Position numbers and translations under genes: made by a program
The notes under the pieces: model-generated
What the model saw: the letters and a program-made list of their open reading frames with translations, nothing else
What the model was told of the DNA's origin: nothing
Databases searched by the model: none
NCBI GenBank assembly: GCA_013265495.1
Contig: MU057781.1
Coordinates: forward strand, 1,240,001 to 1,304,000
Reading direction: 5' to 3'
Source of the DNA: Vicugna vicugna
Taxonomy: Eukaryota
DNA: 64,000 nucleotides
In this document: in pieces, positions 1 through 13,416 of the stretch
Numbering within the stretch: position 1 is the first letter of the stretch
How the letters are laid out: each line of letters starts with the position of its first letter

Positions 1-267
1 CATTTTTTTGAATTAGTGTTCTTGCCAAATATATGCCCAGGAGTGGAATTGCTGGATCATAGGGTCAGTGTATTTTTAGATTTTTGAGGAATCTCTATAC
101 TGTTTTCCATAATGGCTACACCAAACTACATTCCCACAACAAAAAGGGTAAGAGGGTTCCCTTTTCTCCATACCCTCTCCAGCATGTATCATTTGTGGAC
201 TTTTGAATGATGGCCATTCTGATTGGTGTGAGGTGATACCTCATTGTAGTTTTGATTTGCATTTCTC
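1..267 (-). mobile_element. LINE-1 fragment (3' end of ORF2 region), relatively young and AT-rich, cut by the window edge
   Basis: Contains gcccaggagtggaattgctggatcat...tgttttccataatggctacaccaaactacattcccac...gatggccattctgattggtgtgaggtgatacctcattgtagttttgatttgcatttctc, the reverse complement of the recalled L1 ORF2 C-terminal region. Confidence 0.9.
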
Positions 268-794
268 AGAATATCCAGTATTAGAATTACAAATTTAAAT
301 GCCTTTTCTTAAGCCTCTAGGCGGAACTCATAGCTCTTGTTATTTACAGATTTATTAACAGTGTCATAAAAATAATAAACATCAATCATTTTACTTGCCA
401 TTTGAGTAATGCTCAATTAATTCATAAATTGATAGATTGATTTTCCCCTAGACATTTCACGCCATTTACACATTTAAACAAATTTCCTCTAACATCTCAA
501 ACTTCAGCCGCAGATCCGATCCGCCATTTCTTTCAGACTCTGCAGACCCTCCGGCAGACTCTCCCACTGCGGCCAGAAAAAGTCAGCGGCCGGGGCCCAT
601 TTTTGTGCAGGGTTGGCAGGTCTGAGGAGGGGAGGGAGCAAACCAACCCTGGGTTGGTGGCGCCTACGTGTGCACAGCAGCCCCAGGGCTGGGCGGCGCG
701 AGGTTGCGCCTCGTCCTTGGCGTCCAGCACACTCCACGTTTCGAGGCTCCGTCCTGCCGCCCTCCAACCTCAGACACTGCCAGGGATTCCAGGT

Positions 795-1790
795 GTCAGA
801 GGTTGTCTGAAAAGGAGGGAGAGCGAGGTTGGAGGACTCATCCTCCCTGACTCCACGACTCACTGTAACAGCAAGATCAAGCGCACAATCAAGACTGTTC
901 ACAAAAGAGCAGACATGTGTCAACGGAACAGAAGAGAGAGCCCAGAGACAGACCCACACAGATATAGTCACCGCTTCTGGCAAAGGAGGGCAGGCAGTTC
1001 AGCAGAGAAAGGGTAAGCTGTCCAGCAGCTGGAGCCGGGGCGTCAGACATCCACACGCGGGAGTGAACCCAGAATTAACTCTGAACTAACTCAAAATGGG
1101 CCACAGACAGAAGAAAAAAATGCAAAACTGTACGACGCCTAGCAGACAACGTGAAGGAAAATTGACCAGACCTGGGCTTGGCGACGAGGCTTTTGGTACA
1201 ACACCAAAGGGATGAGCCTTAAAAGAGAAAAGTCATCAGTTGGATTTTATTATAATTAAAATTTTTCTGCTTCTGTGAAACACATTGTTAAGGAATAAAG
1301 CCACCGACTGGGAGAAAGTATTTGCAAAACACATCTGATCAAGGACTTGGATCCAGAATCCACAAACAACTTTTGAAACACAGTGATAAGAAAACAAACA
1401 ACACAATTTAAAATTGAGGAAAAGGTCTGAACAGACCTCTCCAATCAAGATACACAGGCGGCAAGTACGCACATGGGCAGACGCTCAGCAACGCGGGTTA
1501 CTGGGGAAACACAAAACAGCGTCCCGGCACCACGGCGTCTGCCAGGGAGGCTAAAAGCCAGCCGCTGCCAACACCAGCGTCCTGAGCGGAGGCAGAGCAG
1601 CAGGGACCCTCATTCACTCCTGGTGGGAATGCAAATGGTGCAGCCACCGTGGAGGGCAGTCTGGAAGTTTCTTTATAAAGCTGAACATAGTCTTACCATC
1701 CCGTCTAGCAGTCACACTCCTAGGTATTTGCCCCGCTGACTGAAATTTTTTTGTACACACAAAAACTTGCGCACGAATAAAAAGGTGTAA
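795..1790 (+). mobile_element. Old L1M fragment (ORF2 3' half), degenerate
   Basis: Translates GGLILPDSTTHCNSKIKRTIKTV (cf. L1 ORF2 GGLTLPDFKxYYKAxVIKTV). Also has gactgggagaaagtatttgcaaaacacatctgatcaagg and tggtgggaatgcaaatggtgcagccac. Many stops and frameshifts. Confidence 0.85.
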
Positions 1791-2774
1791 CGGAGCAGGA
1801 CTCCACGGGGCCCTTCTCGGACAACCCCCCCATGTCTTCCACGTGCCTCTTGTTTGTGGAAAAGCCTTAGTCTCCTCGGCCTTCCCCAGGTTCCAGAGAG
1901 TACGTTGAATCAGAGAAGTGAGAGGATACAGGAAGGAAGGAGAGCAGGCAACAATACGAAGCAGTAACGCTGTAGCCACGGAACAGAGTCAAGGCGCTTC
2001 CGCTCCTCCTCAAGGGCTGAGGCATGTTCTGCGCGCCTGACCTCTGCGCTGCTTCGCAGGCACCCCCGCCCCCACCAGATGGAAGAAGCTAACTGCACGC
2101 GGACCTCAGGCACGCGGACCCCAGACCAGTGGGAACCAGAAGGCTGCTGGTGTTGACCCCCGATGGCCTCACCACCAGCCAGTCAGGAGACAGGCCGCGA
2201 GCCGCTCGCACGGCCCGCAGCCCCCGCCCTCACCCCGTCCACAGAAGCCCTGCCCTGAGGGCCGCGGGGAGTCGGGGCCTTTTGACCATTACTCCTCCAT
2301 CCTTGTTTGGCGCCTGCAGTAAGCACTGCTGGTGACTTTCCTTCACCACAGCCCGGGGGCCAGCAGGCTGGCTTTACTGCACATAGGCCAATGGACCCAA
2401 GTTTGGTTTGGCAATAATTTTGGTGACCCAGGAGGGACAGAAGCCCCAGGTGGGCTCTTGCCCGTGGCACACTGGCCCCCGGCCGGTGGCAGCTCACGGA
2501 CCCCGTGCAGCAGCCACCTGAGAACCTCTGTCTCAAGGACAGCCCGAGTCTGCCAGTGACCAGACTTCGCCGGCAGCAGCACTGTCAGATCTGTGGTCCT
2601 GGCCCGTCTGGCCTGGTTTCTGAGACGTCTCTGGCGAGTAGCGGGGCTCACGGGCAACAACGCCAGGGGTCCGTCCCTGTTGCGTTGGCTTCATTTACGA
2701 CGGAGCCTCGGTTGGGGTTTTCCCTTTTGGACTAAAATTGGTCATTTGGCTTTGTCCCTGGTGGGGCATTTGCA

Positions 2775-3848
2775 CAGCCCACGAAATGGGAGAAAATATT
2801 TGTAAACTGTATATCCGAGAATGGGTTAGTGCTGAGCACAGAGAGAGAACTCTAAAGCTGAACGGCAACAAAGAGACACCAAACAACTTGATTTCAAAAT
2901 GGGCAAGGATTGAACAGCCCTCTCTCCAAAGACAACACACAAATGGCCAATGAGCACGAAAGGATTTTCACATCACTGGCCACCAGGGCACAACAAATAA
3001 GACCCACAGGGAGAGCCCGCCTCGCACGCATTAGGATGGTTGCCGTCAGAAAACAGAAGATGGGGGGCGGGTCTAGCTCAGCGGAGAGCGTGTGCTTAGC
3101 AGGCACGTGGTCCTGGGTTCAATCCCCAGTGCCTCCGATAAAAATAAGGATGAATAAATAAACCTAATTACCTCCCCCTCAAGTAAATGAATAATTAATT
3201 AAGCAGAAAATAACGAACTTTGGATAGGTTGTGGGGAAACTGGAGCGCTTGTGACTGTGGCTGGGGAATTGTGACTCCACGATGGAAACCAGCATGAGGT
3301 TTCCTCAAAAAGTAAGAAACAGAACTAACACGTGATACAGTGACTCCACGTCTGGGTGTGCGCCCCGAATAACTGACAGCAGGGACTTGACAGACACCTG
3401 CACACCCCTGCTCACAGCACAGCTGGAACGTGGGAGCAGCCACGGGTCCGTCACTGGACGAACGGAGACGCAAACTGGGACCCAGTCACACAAAGGCGTA
3501 TCGTTTAGTCATTGAAAGGCAGGAGCTGCCGGCACGCGCTGCGGCCCCAGTGCCCTGCAGGGCGTCACAGGACGCGAAGAAGGCACCTGCTGCCTGATTC
3601 CGCTTAGAGGAGGAGCTCAGACTCGCTGGACGCGTAGGGAGCGAAGTGGAGCGGGGTGCCGGGGGCCGGGGGGGGGAGCTGGGGAGTCTGTGTCTGATGA
3701 GGACAGAGCCTCAGGTTTACAAGACGGACAGACAGAGGGGCGGTGCTGCAGGGCCCTGTGAACGTATTAGCTGCACTGAGCTGTGCACTTAGAGGAGCTA
3801 CAACGGTAACTTTTACAGTGTGTGTGTTTCACCGCAATTTAAAAAAAA
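2775..3848 (+). mobile_element. Old L1MB-like 3' end with A-tail, interrupted by a SINE
   Basis: aaatgggagaaaatatttgtaaac...aaatgggcaaggattgaacag...caaatggccaatgagcac. Ends gcactgagctgtgcacttag...gtaacttttacagtgtgtgtgtttcaccgcaatttaaaaaaaa. Confidence 0.85.
3062..3203 (+). mobile_element. tRNA-Ala-derived SINE (camelid Vic-1 type)
   Basis: tRNA-like head with A box (tagctcagcgg) and B box (gggttcaatcc), followed by aaataaataaacctaattacctccccc and an A-rich tail. Imperfect TSD cagaagat (3054-3061) / cagaaaat (3204-3211). Confidence 0.85.
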
Positions 3849-5232
3849 TCAGTGCCGTCAGAAACAAGGCGCATCAGAGAAGCCCACGGCCAAGGGGCTG
3901 AGGGGCCCGGTGGCCAGACGGCGCGCTGTCCTGGGCAGGGGCCCGGGTCAGGGGGCGCTTGGTTGAAAACCGAGGAAATCCAAACTAAGCAGGAATCTTC
4001 GTTAGCAATAATGCACCCACTCGGCTCATTGATTGTGTCGAATGAACTGCGCTCCCGTAAAACGCCGAGAGGAACCTGGACGTGGGTCACGTGGGAATCC
4101 TCCGTACTAGGTTCCCAATTTTTCTTTAAATCTAAAACTACTTTAAAATTTAGAATTTACTTAAAAACTAAAGATGTGCAGCGTGCTAACCAATTAGCTT
4201 CTGCAGGCGAGGGGGGCCAGGCAGGGCGTGGCAGCCTGAACCACGACCCCAGCCGTGGGCAGCTGCTGAAAGCATTCAACGTCCGGGAAAACCTCCCGGC
4301 TCACGGCCGCTGTCCCAAGCCCCGCCAGCGGGGGCAGACGTGCGGCGTGTGTTCCTGCATCCGCGGCGGACGCGGCAGAACTGCATGGATTCGTTCAATT
4401 TTTTGTTTGCACCAAAGGAAGCAGCCTTTTGGTGTTTTCTTTGGGAGAAAACCTGTTCTTGGCAGTGAGTGAAGCAGGAGTCATGGAAACGTGGTAGGAA
4501 AGGACCCGAGGATCATGCGACGTGTCCCCCAAGGTCCCACCACGCTGTGTTCCCTGTAAGCACAGCTTACCCTCCCCGACTGGTCGCTGGTCCCTCGCAA
4601 GCCTCACTTGCCCCGGGCAACTCTGCGCCATGGAGCTGAGCCTGTCCAGATAGACGGCAGTGGCAGCTGCAAAGTGAGTCGAGTAACCCACCTCGACCAG
4701 CCCCGCCAGGAACAGGGCCACCCGCCACGGGGCTGCTGTTCTGGAGCTTTTCCAACGGCTGTGGCTTCGCCACCTGCTTTGGCCGCACTGCAACCTGGAG
4801 AAACGAAGTCGCACGCCAACTCGTGTCCGCCCGGGACTCCCTAGTGGGCTTGGGTGCCGCGATGACCAGACAGCAGCCTTTCAGATCCTGGGTGAGCGTG
4901 GCTGAGAGCTCCCTCGGGCGCCTGCATTTTTTCATGGAGCTGTTGCTGCAGACAGACAGCATCACGATGGGGGATATTTAACATAAATTGAAATCACTCT
5001 TACTATTCGTCAGAAGCCAAATAGGGTGCATCTTCAAAGAGGAAAATAAAAACAAATCATTACAAGTGCAAAGCTGCCTGAGAAAATGTGTGGTGAGCTC
5101 TAGAAAATGACAGCCCCCTGACCTCTCACCGCTCTCCAAACACAGTGAGTGTCTGGCGTGTTGGCAGCTCAGCTGGGGGTTGTGAGAGGCGGCCCTGCGC
5201 TCGGGTGCGACTGTCAGTGGGAGGTGTCTGCA

Positions 5233-5365
5233 GTCATCCGTGTTCACCCGCGGTCATCCGTGTTCACCCACAGTCATCTGTGTTCACCCGCGACCATCCG
5301 TGTTCACCCGCGGTCATCTGTGTTCACCCGCGGTCATCTGTGTTCACCCGCGACCATCCGTGTTC
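5233..5365. repeat. Minisatellite, 20-bp unit (gtcatcygtgttcacccgcg), ~6.6 copies
   Basis: Units start at 5233, 5253, 5273, 5293, 5313, 5333 and 5353. They are head-to-tail with no spacers. Confidence 0.95.
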
Positions 5366-6039
5366 TTCTGTTTTTCATTTGTTAAGTTTTTTTCTTGCGC
5401 AACAAATACTCAACTACCTATTTTTTTTTGAAGCAAAAAGAAATCTCGAGCCTGGCTTTTCTTCTCTGACGTGGAAACATGAACATTAGGATTTCCAGTT
5501 TCACATCTGGCCGGATTTGGGAGGTGTGTGGAAGGAGCACCCCCGTGCCTGGGTGAGCCCCGGTGCCGAGCCCCTGGTGGGGCCCCCGCTCTCCTGGCGC
5601 GCTGTGGTGTCTGAGCTCAGGGCCTGTGTGGACGCGGTGCAGGACGGCTCTGCCTTGGATCTCGTGGGCAGACACTTGTTAGTGGGGACTTGGGGACCAT
5701 GCTTTCCACTCCCAGATGGTGACTCTCCAACGGTCATGCTCCCTTCTGACCCCCATTCAGTCCCAGCCTTGGGGCGCCTCAACAGGAGGTTTTCCTGAGG
5801 ACGCACCCCTTCTTCCACGGAGGTGTCTGCTCTGCTCACCCTCCCCACCAACTGGAGCCCCAGGGACGGTCCACAGCAGGACAGCCACGGCCCACAGCCA
5901 AGGACGGACCAGCCTCCCCCGTGACAAGCCTCTGCTGGCAGAATCAGGCTGTGGGCTCAGAGCTTCCTTCTTGGCACAGGAGGAGGGGGCAGGACGGAGC
6001 CCCAGACGATGGAGTGTGGGCGTCAGGTACACCTCAGGA

Positions 6040-6344
6040 CTCGTCACCGCATGGTCTGGAGGCCAGAAATCTGAGACAAAGGCGTCGGCAGGGCTGCCCC
6101 CTGGGGCGAGGGGAGGACCATCCAGGTGGTCCCTGTGGCCCGCACACGGCGCCTTCGTGCTCACAGGCCACTATCTGGGCATGTCTGCACCCAGTCCCCT
6201 CTCGTAGGGCACACAGTGGGTCAGGAACCCACCCTAATGACCTCACGACCTCTGTACAGACCCTGTCTCCAAACAAGGTCACCTTCTGAGGCCCTGGGCA
6301 TTGGGACTCCAGCAATAAATTTGGGAGACACGTGGGTCATAACA
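6040..6344 (-). mobile_element. MLT1 (MaLR) LTR fragment
   Basis: Reverse complement of the right end reads tgttatgacccacgtgtctcccaaatttattgctggagtcccaatgcccagggcctcagaaggtgaccttgtttggagacagggtct, matching the recalled MLT1A/B 5' end. Also has ggtctggaggccagaaatctgagacaaaggcgtcggcagg. Confidence 0.75.
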
Positions 6345-8746
6345 GGACCCGAGGCTCAGTCCGTCGACCCCACCCCGTGGAGGGTGAGCCTGAGGGCAGC
6401 AGTGTGCTGCGGGCACAGGGGGCTTCTGGTCACAGACACTGCGCAGACCCCGCGGCGGGGGTCCTGCCGAGCTCCCCCATTCAAACTTCCGTCTGACTTT
6501 TCACCTGCATTCTGATAGGCCTTCCCAGGGCTGACTGTCTTTATGTTAAAGCCGTTCAGAAAGGGTGTGCGTTTGAGACCAGACTGTGATTTGGGCTGTT
6601 TAGAGGCTGGACTTGGGGGGGACGAGCCGGCCCCGCCCACTGTGCACAGTCAGAGACACTTCCCAAGGGCAGAGCCCCCCCACCCCAGCACGACCTCGAG
6701 TCCCTCAGGGCCCCACGCTCAGATTGGAGGGTGAGGGCCAGCAGGGCATCCTTCAAGGGAGGAGGGGGGCCGGAGAGGAGAGAGAAATCTTGGCTGAAGT
6801 GAAATTCTGCCTAAAGAGGAAGAAACGTCTGCGCCGGCAGGAGGGGAGGGCCAGCTCTCAGCAGTTGGGCTGCTCCTTGTCCGCGTGGACGGGGGCTCCC
6901 AGCAGGACCAGCCCAGCGCCAGCCGGACGGAGGCTGCAGGACCCGCAGGCTGAGCTGGACACTCCTCAGACGTCTCCCGAGAGGACGGTGTCCGGGCCCG
7001 AGACCCCCGGGCTGGAGAGGACGCGTTTCTGGGGGGAGCCCTGAGCCAGGCTGCAGAGGGCTGCAGAGTGCCCCTCAGGCCCAGGGCAGGCCGTGCCCGC
7101 TGAGCGGTGGAGGAGAGCCCGGCGTGGACGTGGGGGTGGGGACGGCCCCGGGGCTCGGGCGGCGGGCAGAGCTGCGGGGTCTCCCTCTGCTCTGCTCTCC
7201 AGCCCCGTGTCCCAGCTGGGCCGGCAGCTGTCACTCCCAAGGCCACCAGGGAGCAAGGGGAGCCTGGCAGGGCCCTGGGGACCTTCAGTAGGGGCAGCTG
7301 GCGGGGGGCGTGTGAGGGGTCCCACAAGCGGCTGTGCTGGCCGCCTTGGGCTGCGGCGATGAATACCCGCCTGTTCCCTCCTGGGCCTTCACACTTTCCA
7401 GACTCTTCACTTAAAAACAGTCTTCCCAGACTTGGCCTTGGAAGCGGCGCTGGCCCTGCTCCCCGCAGGTGTGCTCTTGGCCGCAGGTTAGCAGCAAATG
7501 CTCTTGATCCCAGTGTTGCCAGCGCCCTGGAAGCAGGTGTTCTGCTTGGAGTTCCACGAGTCACTCGTCGCCCGGGGCAGTGGGCGGGGGAGGGGTCTGA
7601 GAACAGAGTTGGCTCTTTCGGAAACGGAAGCTGTGCTCGGAGCACACAGATCATCGGATCATCGTGCCCAGGCTGAACAAGGAGCCTGCCCGCCCGAAAT
7701 CCCCAAGGGAGCGGGCTCCGGTAAAACACGCACCTCCACGTGCTGGCGGCCAGCCGGGTGGCAGCTCCACTGATGGGCCGTCCCGCTGCGGGGAGGTCCG
7801 CTCTCGGGGACGTGACCGCTCTTAGGGGCCCAGGTGGCCAGGCAGCGCCGGGGCTGGACTCTGAGGTGAGGCAGGCGGGAGCCCTTCCAGACACAGACGT
7901 CTGTCTCTCGGTGTCACTGAGCCAAGGATGGGATGTCTGGCCAGGCTGGAGCGTCCTCCTCGCATCCGGTGTGTCCCGCGGCCACGTAATGAACGTGGCA
8001 CGTATCCAGTCAGCATGGCAGCTGCAGTGTCCGCCGGCCAATTTAAGTCTCCAAACAGTGACATCAGTGGGGAGATGTGTCTCCAGGACACAAGGGCAGA
8101 GAGCGCTCTGTGCTGAGGCTGAGCCCTGGGACAGGTGACCGGCCTGTGCGGCACCCTGTCTTCTCCATTCCTCGGCTCTGTGCCTGGACAAAAGGACACG
8201 TGACCCAGCCCCACCCTCTAGGGGCTGCACCTGGCTGGCCAGGTGCGGGCTGGGCATCCGCTCTCCACATGCAGGGTCCACGCGTCTGCCGCTGGTGTGG
8301 CCGGCACCACACTCTGGGGGCTCTCCCGGGTCCAGCCTCCTGGCCTCCTGTTGGGGCGAGGGGACACACAGAGGGGGTGGGGGTGGGAGGCCAGCGGAGA
8401 CTCGGTTCAGGTGGTGTGGGCAAACCTGTCCCTCTCTGGATCTGGGTCACTTCCACAGGCCGACCTCATGTCCCCTAGGACTCTGCCCCCGACAGAGGGA
8501 CAGAAGGCTCTGAGGACTGGGGGTCCCGGGTCTCTGGGGGTGACTGGGGTCAGTGCAGGCGCTGCACAGTCTCCCACTGGGAGGGGCCGGCAGGACCGGA
8601 GGGAGGTGGCTCGGCCTGCGTCTTGTTGGGGTGAGCCTGGTGCACAGGTCTGAGTGTGGGGCCCTATCGGCACCTGTCACGGCCACCTCCCGGGAGACAG
8701 CAGGAAAGGGCTGCCGTAAGCTGTGGTCAACACTGCAGAAAAGGAT

Positions 8747-10320
8747 GTTTTATTTAATCATCAGCCTCGTTGAGGTACAATTTACATGCAATAAAATGCA
8801 CCTTTTTAAACCGTGCAGTTGGATGATGTCTGACGAATGAAGGCATAACACCACCCTAGTCAGGGCAGCGAACGTCTCCACCACCCCCAGGCCCTCTTCC
8901 CGCCCCTTTGCCGTTAGCCCCCCTTGCGCCCAGCCTCAGGCAGCGGGGGTCTGCTTTCTGCCACCGCAGATTAGATGTGCACTTGGAAGCACTGCACACA
9001 AAGGCAGCAGGATTATTCTGAAATTCACTCATGGTGTGTGTATCAGTTGCTCATTTTTTTCTTGCCAACGGAAGACAGACCATAAGTTCCTGCATCATTT
9101 GATTGTCGATGGGCACGTGGGTTGCTGCCGGCTGGGGTCTGTGCGGCCTGGGCTTCGCTTCTCTTGAGCTGATCCCTAGCAGCGGAACGGCTCAGCGACA
9201 TGGTGAGCATGTTTGCTCTTTTAAAAAATTGCCAGCTGTTTTCCATCAGCAGCGAGGACAGCTCCGTCCCCCCGCACCCTCGCCCCCACCTGGCGTGGGC
9301 GGCCTTTCAAGCCTCAGCCGCCCTCAGAGGTGCGGGGCCCTCGGAGTCTTAATTCCCCCGACTAAGGACGCTGAGCCGTTTTTCACGTGTGTGTCGGCCG
9401 TGTGCGTATCTTCCTTTCTGAAGTGCCTGTTCAAGGCCAGCCTGCTCTCCCTGGCTGTCAGCCGTTTCCTCGCTGGGCTGCAAGCGCCTTCTGCACGCAA
9501 GCCCTGGCCCCAGGCGCTGCCAGCGCCTCTCCCAGGCTGTAGCTTGCTCTCAGCTGTGTCTCTCAAAGAGCAGAACGTTTCAGTTTTGACAAAGTCCAAT
9601 GATCAGGCGTTTCCTTCGTGATTCCTAAGTCTCATCTCAGAAACCTCACCTATTTCAAAGTTGTGGAAATTTCTCTCCCGTGCTTTCTTCCGGAACCCCT
9701 GCAGGGATATCTGTGACAAGGGGTCTCTGATCCACCTGAGCTAACTTCTGTGTGTGGTGTAAGGTAGGGTCAGTGTCCCCTCCGACCCCGAAGGACATGC
9801 ACTTGTGCCGGCACCACTTGTTGAAAAAGAATTCTCCTCTGCCCAGTGAACCATCTTGGCAGCGTTGTCAAGAGTCAGTGGGCCACACGTGTGAGGGCAG
9901 ATTCCGGGCCCCGTTCCGCTCCCTCTGTCGACCCACTCCCCACCCCCACACCCCGTCCCGACGACAGCGCCGTCCGGTGGGGCCCGACGTCGGGTGGCGT
10001 GAGTTCTCCACCTTTGTTCTTTTTCCCCGGAGTTGTTTGCCGTCTGCTTTTTTTGCATTCTCACGTCAGTTTTAGAATCAGTTTGTCGATTTCTTCAAAA
10101 CAAGTTGTTGGGATTTTGATTGGATGCACTGAGTCCGCGGATCCGTCTGAGGGAAGCTGACATCTTAGCAATACTGCATCATAAGCATATGCTCTATTTC
10201 ATTTAAATGTTCTTTCATTTCTCTCAGTAACAGTACATGGTTTTCGGTGTTCACGTCTTGCACATATCATGTTACTTTTATCCTAAGCATTTCATATTTT
10301 AATATTATTGTAAATTCTTT
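8747..10320 (-). mobile_element. Old L1M (L1MB/MC-like) fragment, 3' UTR through ORF2 3' part
   Basis: Starts ttgaggtacaatttacatgcaataaaatgcacc. Continues with caccacttgttgaaaaaga and ttttagaatcagtttgtcgatttcttcaaaa...gttgggattttgattgg. Confidence 0.85.
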
Positions 10321-10449
10321 AATTGACGTAGTTTTGTTAGATGAATTTAAGGTTGGCAGCAAAATCAAGTGGAAGGTAAGATTTCCCACGTGCTGCCCCC
10401 ACCTGCGGTCTCCGCCACTGTCAACGTCACTCTGCAGGGCGACGTTTGT

Positions 10450-10612
10450 NNNNNNNNNNNNNNNNNNNNNNNNNNNNNNNNNNNNNNNNNNNNNNNNNNN
10501 NNNNNNNNNNNNNNNNNNNNNNNNNNNNNNNNNNNNNNNNNNNNNNNNNNNNNNNNNNNNNNNNNNNNNNNNNNNNNNNNNNNNNNNNNNNNNNNNNNNN
10601 NNNNNNNNNNNN
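10450..10612. other. Assembly gap (163 N)
   Basis: Run of N. Confidence 1.
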
Positions 10613-13416
10613 ATGGAGAGGCTGCAAGCAGTGTTGCTCGGGTTTGGGGGAGTGTGGTGGGCAGACCCCGGCATCCCCATGACCCCTGCCTCCTGCTGTC
10701 CCCCTTCCCGTGTGAGCCCCTGGGTGTGTCTGGTGGCTGGCCTCGTGCACAGGGACCACTGGGCCTGGCCCCCACCTTGGCCAACTCACCAGCAGTGGGG
10801 GCTCAGGGACCCCACCCCACAGCACCCCCTGGGGCCCAGATGAGCTGGCCAACTGTGCCCCCGCCACCTGGGGGGCTGCGTCTCCCTGGAAGCCCCTGCC
10901 TCAGCTCACATTTCTGGCAAAGGACGGCTGAGCCCTGTGGGTTCCAGCCTGGGAAGGAGCCCAGTGCTGCCCACTCAGCCGCCCTGGGCTCTGCCAGGGG
11001 AGGGGCGACAGGGTCTCTCTCCCTTCTCTGGGGGGTGGCATCCTCCTCTGTTCAACCCAGACTCGCTCACCCACCAGGGCCTCGCTACGCCCTGCCTGCG
11101 CCCAGCCCGCAGACGGCTGTTGCAGTGACTTCCAGTCCCTTGGGGACAGGTGGGGGCTGAGGTGGCCTGGCTGGGAAGCTGCTCAGAGGGGGGCTGGGGG
11201 GGCTGGGGTCAAGGCCAGGCTTCTGGGCACAGGGACTGGGGGCCTCGGGGCCTCATGCAGGGCGGGGACGGCCGTGAGACCCAGGCTGTGAACCGGAGGC
11301 CAGGGCACAGATGGGAGGATTCCAGGGGCCCGGGTGACCGCAGACCGGCCCAGAGCTAGGGGCGGCGGGGGCATCTCCTTCCTGCCCACCCCGGAGACCA
11401 CAGCTTCCAGGAGAGAAGCCCAAGGGACCCCGTGCAAACCCGACCCCAGGTGTGTGGGGTCAGAGGGGTCAGAGGGGAGGCGCGCGGGGCCTGACGGCCG
11501 GGGGCAGGTGCTCCAGTGGGCGGGGAGAGCTCGCGGGAACAAAGCCGCGCAGATTGTAATCAGATGAAGAATTGTTCCCAATCACGGCAGCTGTGGTTAA
11601 GTTTCCCAAAATAAGGACCCGTGGATAGAGATGGGCAACTTAGTGCTTGTCATCAGAAAAAGAAAAAAAACGGAAAAAACCCAGCGGGCTTCAGCGGGGA
11701 GAGGGGCCGCCATGTCGGGAAGCGTGTTGGCGAGCTGCTTTCCCTCAGGACGTCCCACCTCGTCCTGAGATCTTCGCAAAGCACACACAGTGACACTGGT
11801 CTCCCTTTGACCCTCAGATGCGGGAGCCCCGCGGGCTGCTGAAGCTCCGTCCTCACGGCCCAGCGCGGATGACCCCTGCCTGGGCGGCGTGTCCAGCAGA
11901 CCCCATCCCGGGGTCAGAACTGAGGTCCAGCAGGCGTTCGGACCAAGCGCCGGCCGTGGCGGCTGTCTGGGAATGTTTCTGTCTGCCGACAGAACCCTCC
12001 AACGTGGTTCGGAGCAAGCAGGGCCCCAGGCCGCGGTGGGCGGGTCTCAGGAGCCACTGCAGCGAGCGGCCGGGACCCCTGCTCACAGAGCCGCCACTCA
12101 GCTTCAGGCCAGGGTGCCCCTGAGATTCCGAGGAGCAGGTGGGAAGTGGGCCCCTTTGCTCCAATGCTGGGCCCTGGAGCAGCAGCCCCGATCTGGACAC
12201 AGCTGACCTGAGCCCCGCGACGGGTGGGCAGGGGCGGCTCCTGCCCGGCCAACCCCCTCAGGAAAGATGTGACCACCCTGGACCCGCATGAGCCCCGCAG
12301 GGCCGACACCCTGCCCTTGGTGGGGCTGCCTGCCTGCTGGGCACCAAGCTAGACCTGCCTGCACCCCTGCGTCCAGGGACGCTCTCTGACCTGCGGGGCG
12401 CACACTCTGGCCCCACCGAGCCGAGCTTCTCAGACCACAGCCCCGCCGACCCCTGCTCTGGGCTCTGCACGGTGTCCACCCACAACCCTCGGTCTGGGAC
12501 ACAGGGGCAGCTGCAGGTGGAAGTCACGTTTCCAGACCCCTGCACACCCATGTCACGTGTCCCCTCCGCATCCACGGGGACGGCCTGTGTGGGCACCAGG
12601 CCCGCTGCAGGCGGGAGCCCCTCACACCCTGGTTTCTTGGGCAGAACCAAGAACCCAAACTCCAACACACTGAGAAGAGGCGAGGAGGCCTGGTGACATG
12701 CCGCTAAATTTGCTTAGATTACTTGGAACAGAGAAACCCGAGGGAGCAGAGGTCTGTCTCTAAAACCCCAAGGTGTGGGGAGGGGAGGTGTGTGAGGCTC
12801 ACCCGCGGGCTGTGGTCCTCTGCCCGGGCCACTTCCTCTGGCAGGAAATTGCCGAAGGGGCCAGCCAGGGGGGCGGGGGGGCACTGCCAGCAGGAGGGCC
12901 CCACGCGCCCCGCCCCAGGTTCTTCGCAGAGGGGCCGGCAGGCCCAGGAGCTCCCCGGGCGCCTGCTGCGCAGCCTGCGAGGGGCCGCCGGTCCACGTGG
13001 GGGCGGCCGCCGCCCCCAGTGAGGGCACTGCCCAGAGGCAGACCCCAGGCGGGAAGCGGGACCCCGAAAGATACTCTGAGAACAAGGAAAGGGGACACCA
13101 CGTTTACGGAAGAAGGAGAAGTGGACTTGGGGCAGCTGAGCTCCCACCCTGGCCGCCCCTAAACGAGGGGGCCACTCGGAGCCCTCACTTCAGTTCTAAG
13201 GGGGTTTCAGGCTGTCAGTCCTCTGGGGGAAACATAGCTCCAGGGGGTCCAGCTAACAGTGGACACCAAGGGAGGAGACAAGCCCGCAGCTGTTTCAGGG
13301 AGACCTGTGTGGAGACGTAAGTGTTTGTCACGGGGTCTCGGCCTGAGGACAGAACGGGGAGAAACGTGTTGGGCAGCAGGGGACGGCGCCGAGGTGGGCC
13401 TTCGTGGCTTGCTCGT

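Noticed and set aside
5233-5365. Possible CRISPR-like array
   Set aside because: Units are contiguous with no unique spacers, there are no cas genes, and the context is mammalian.
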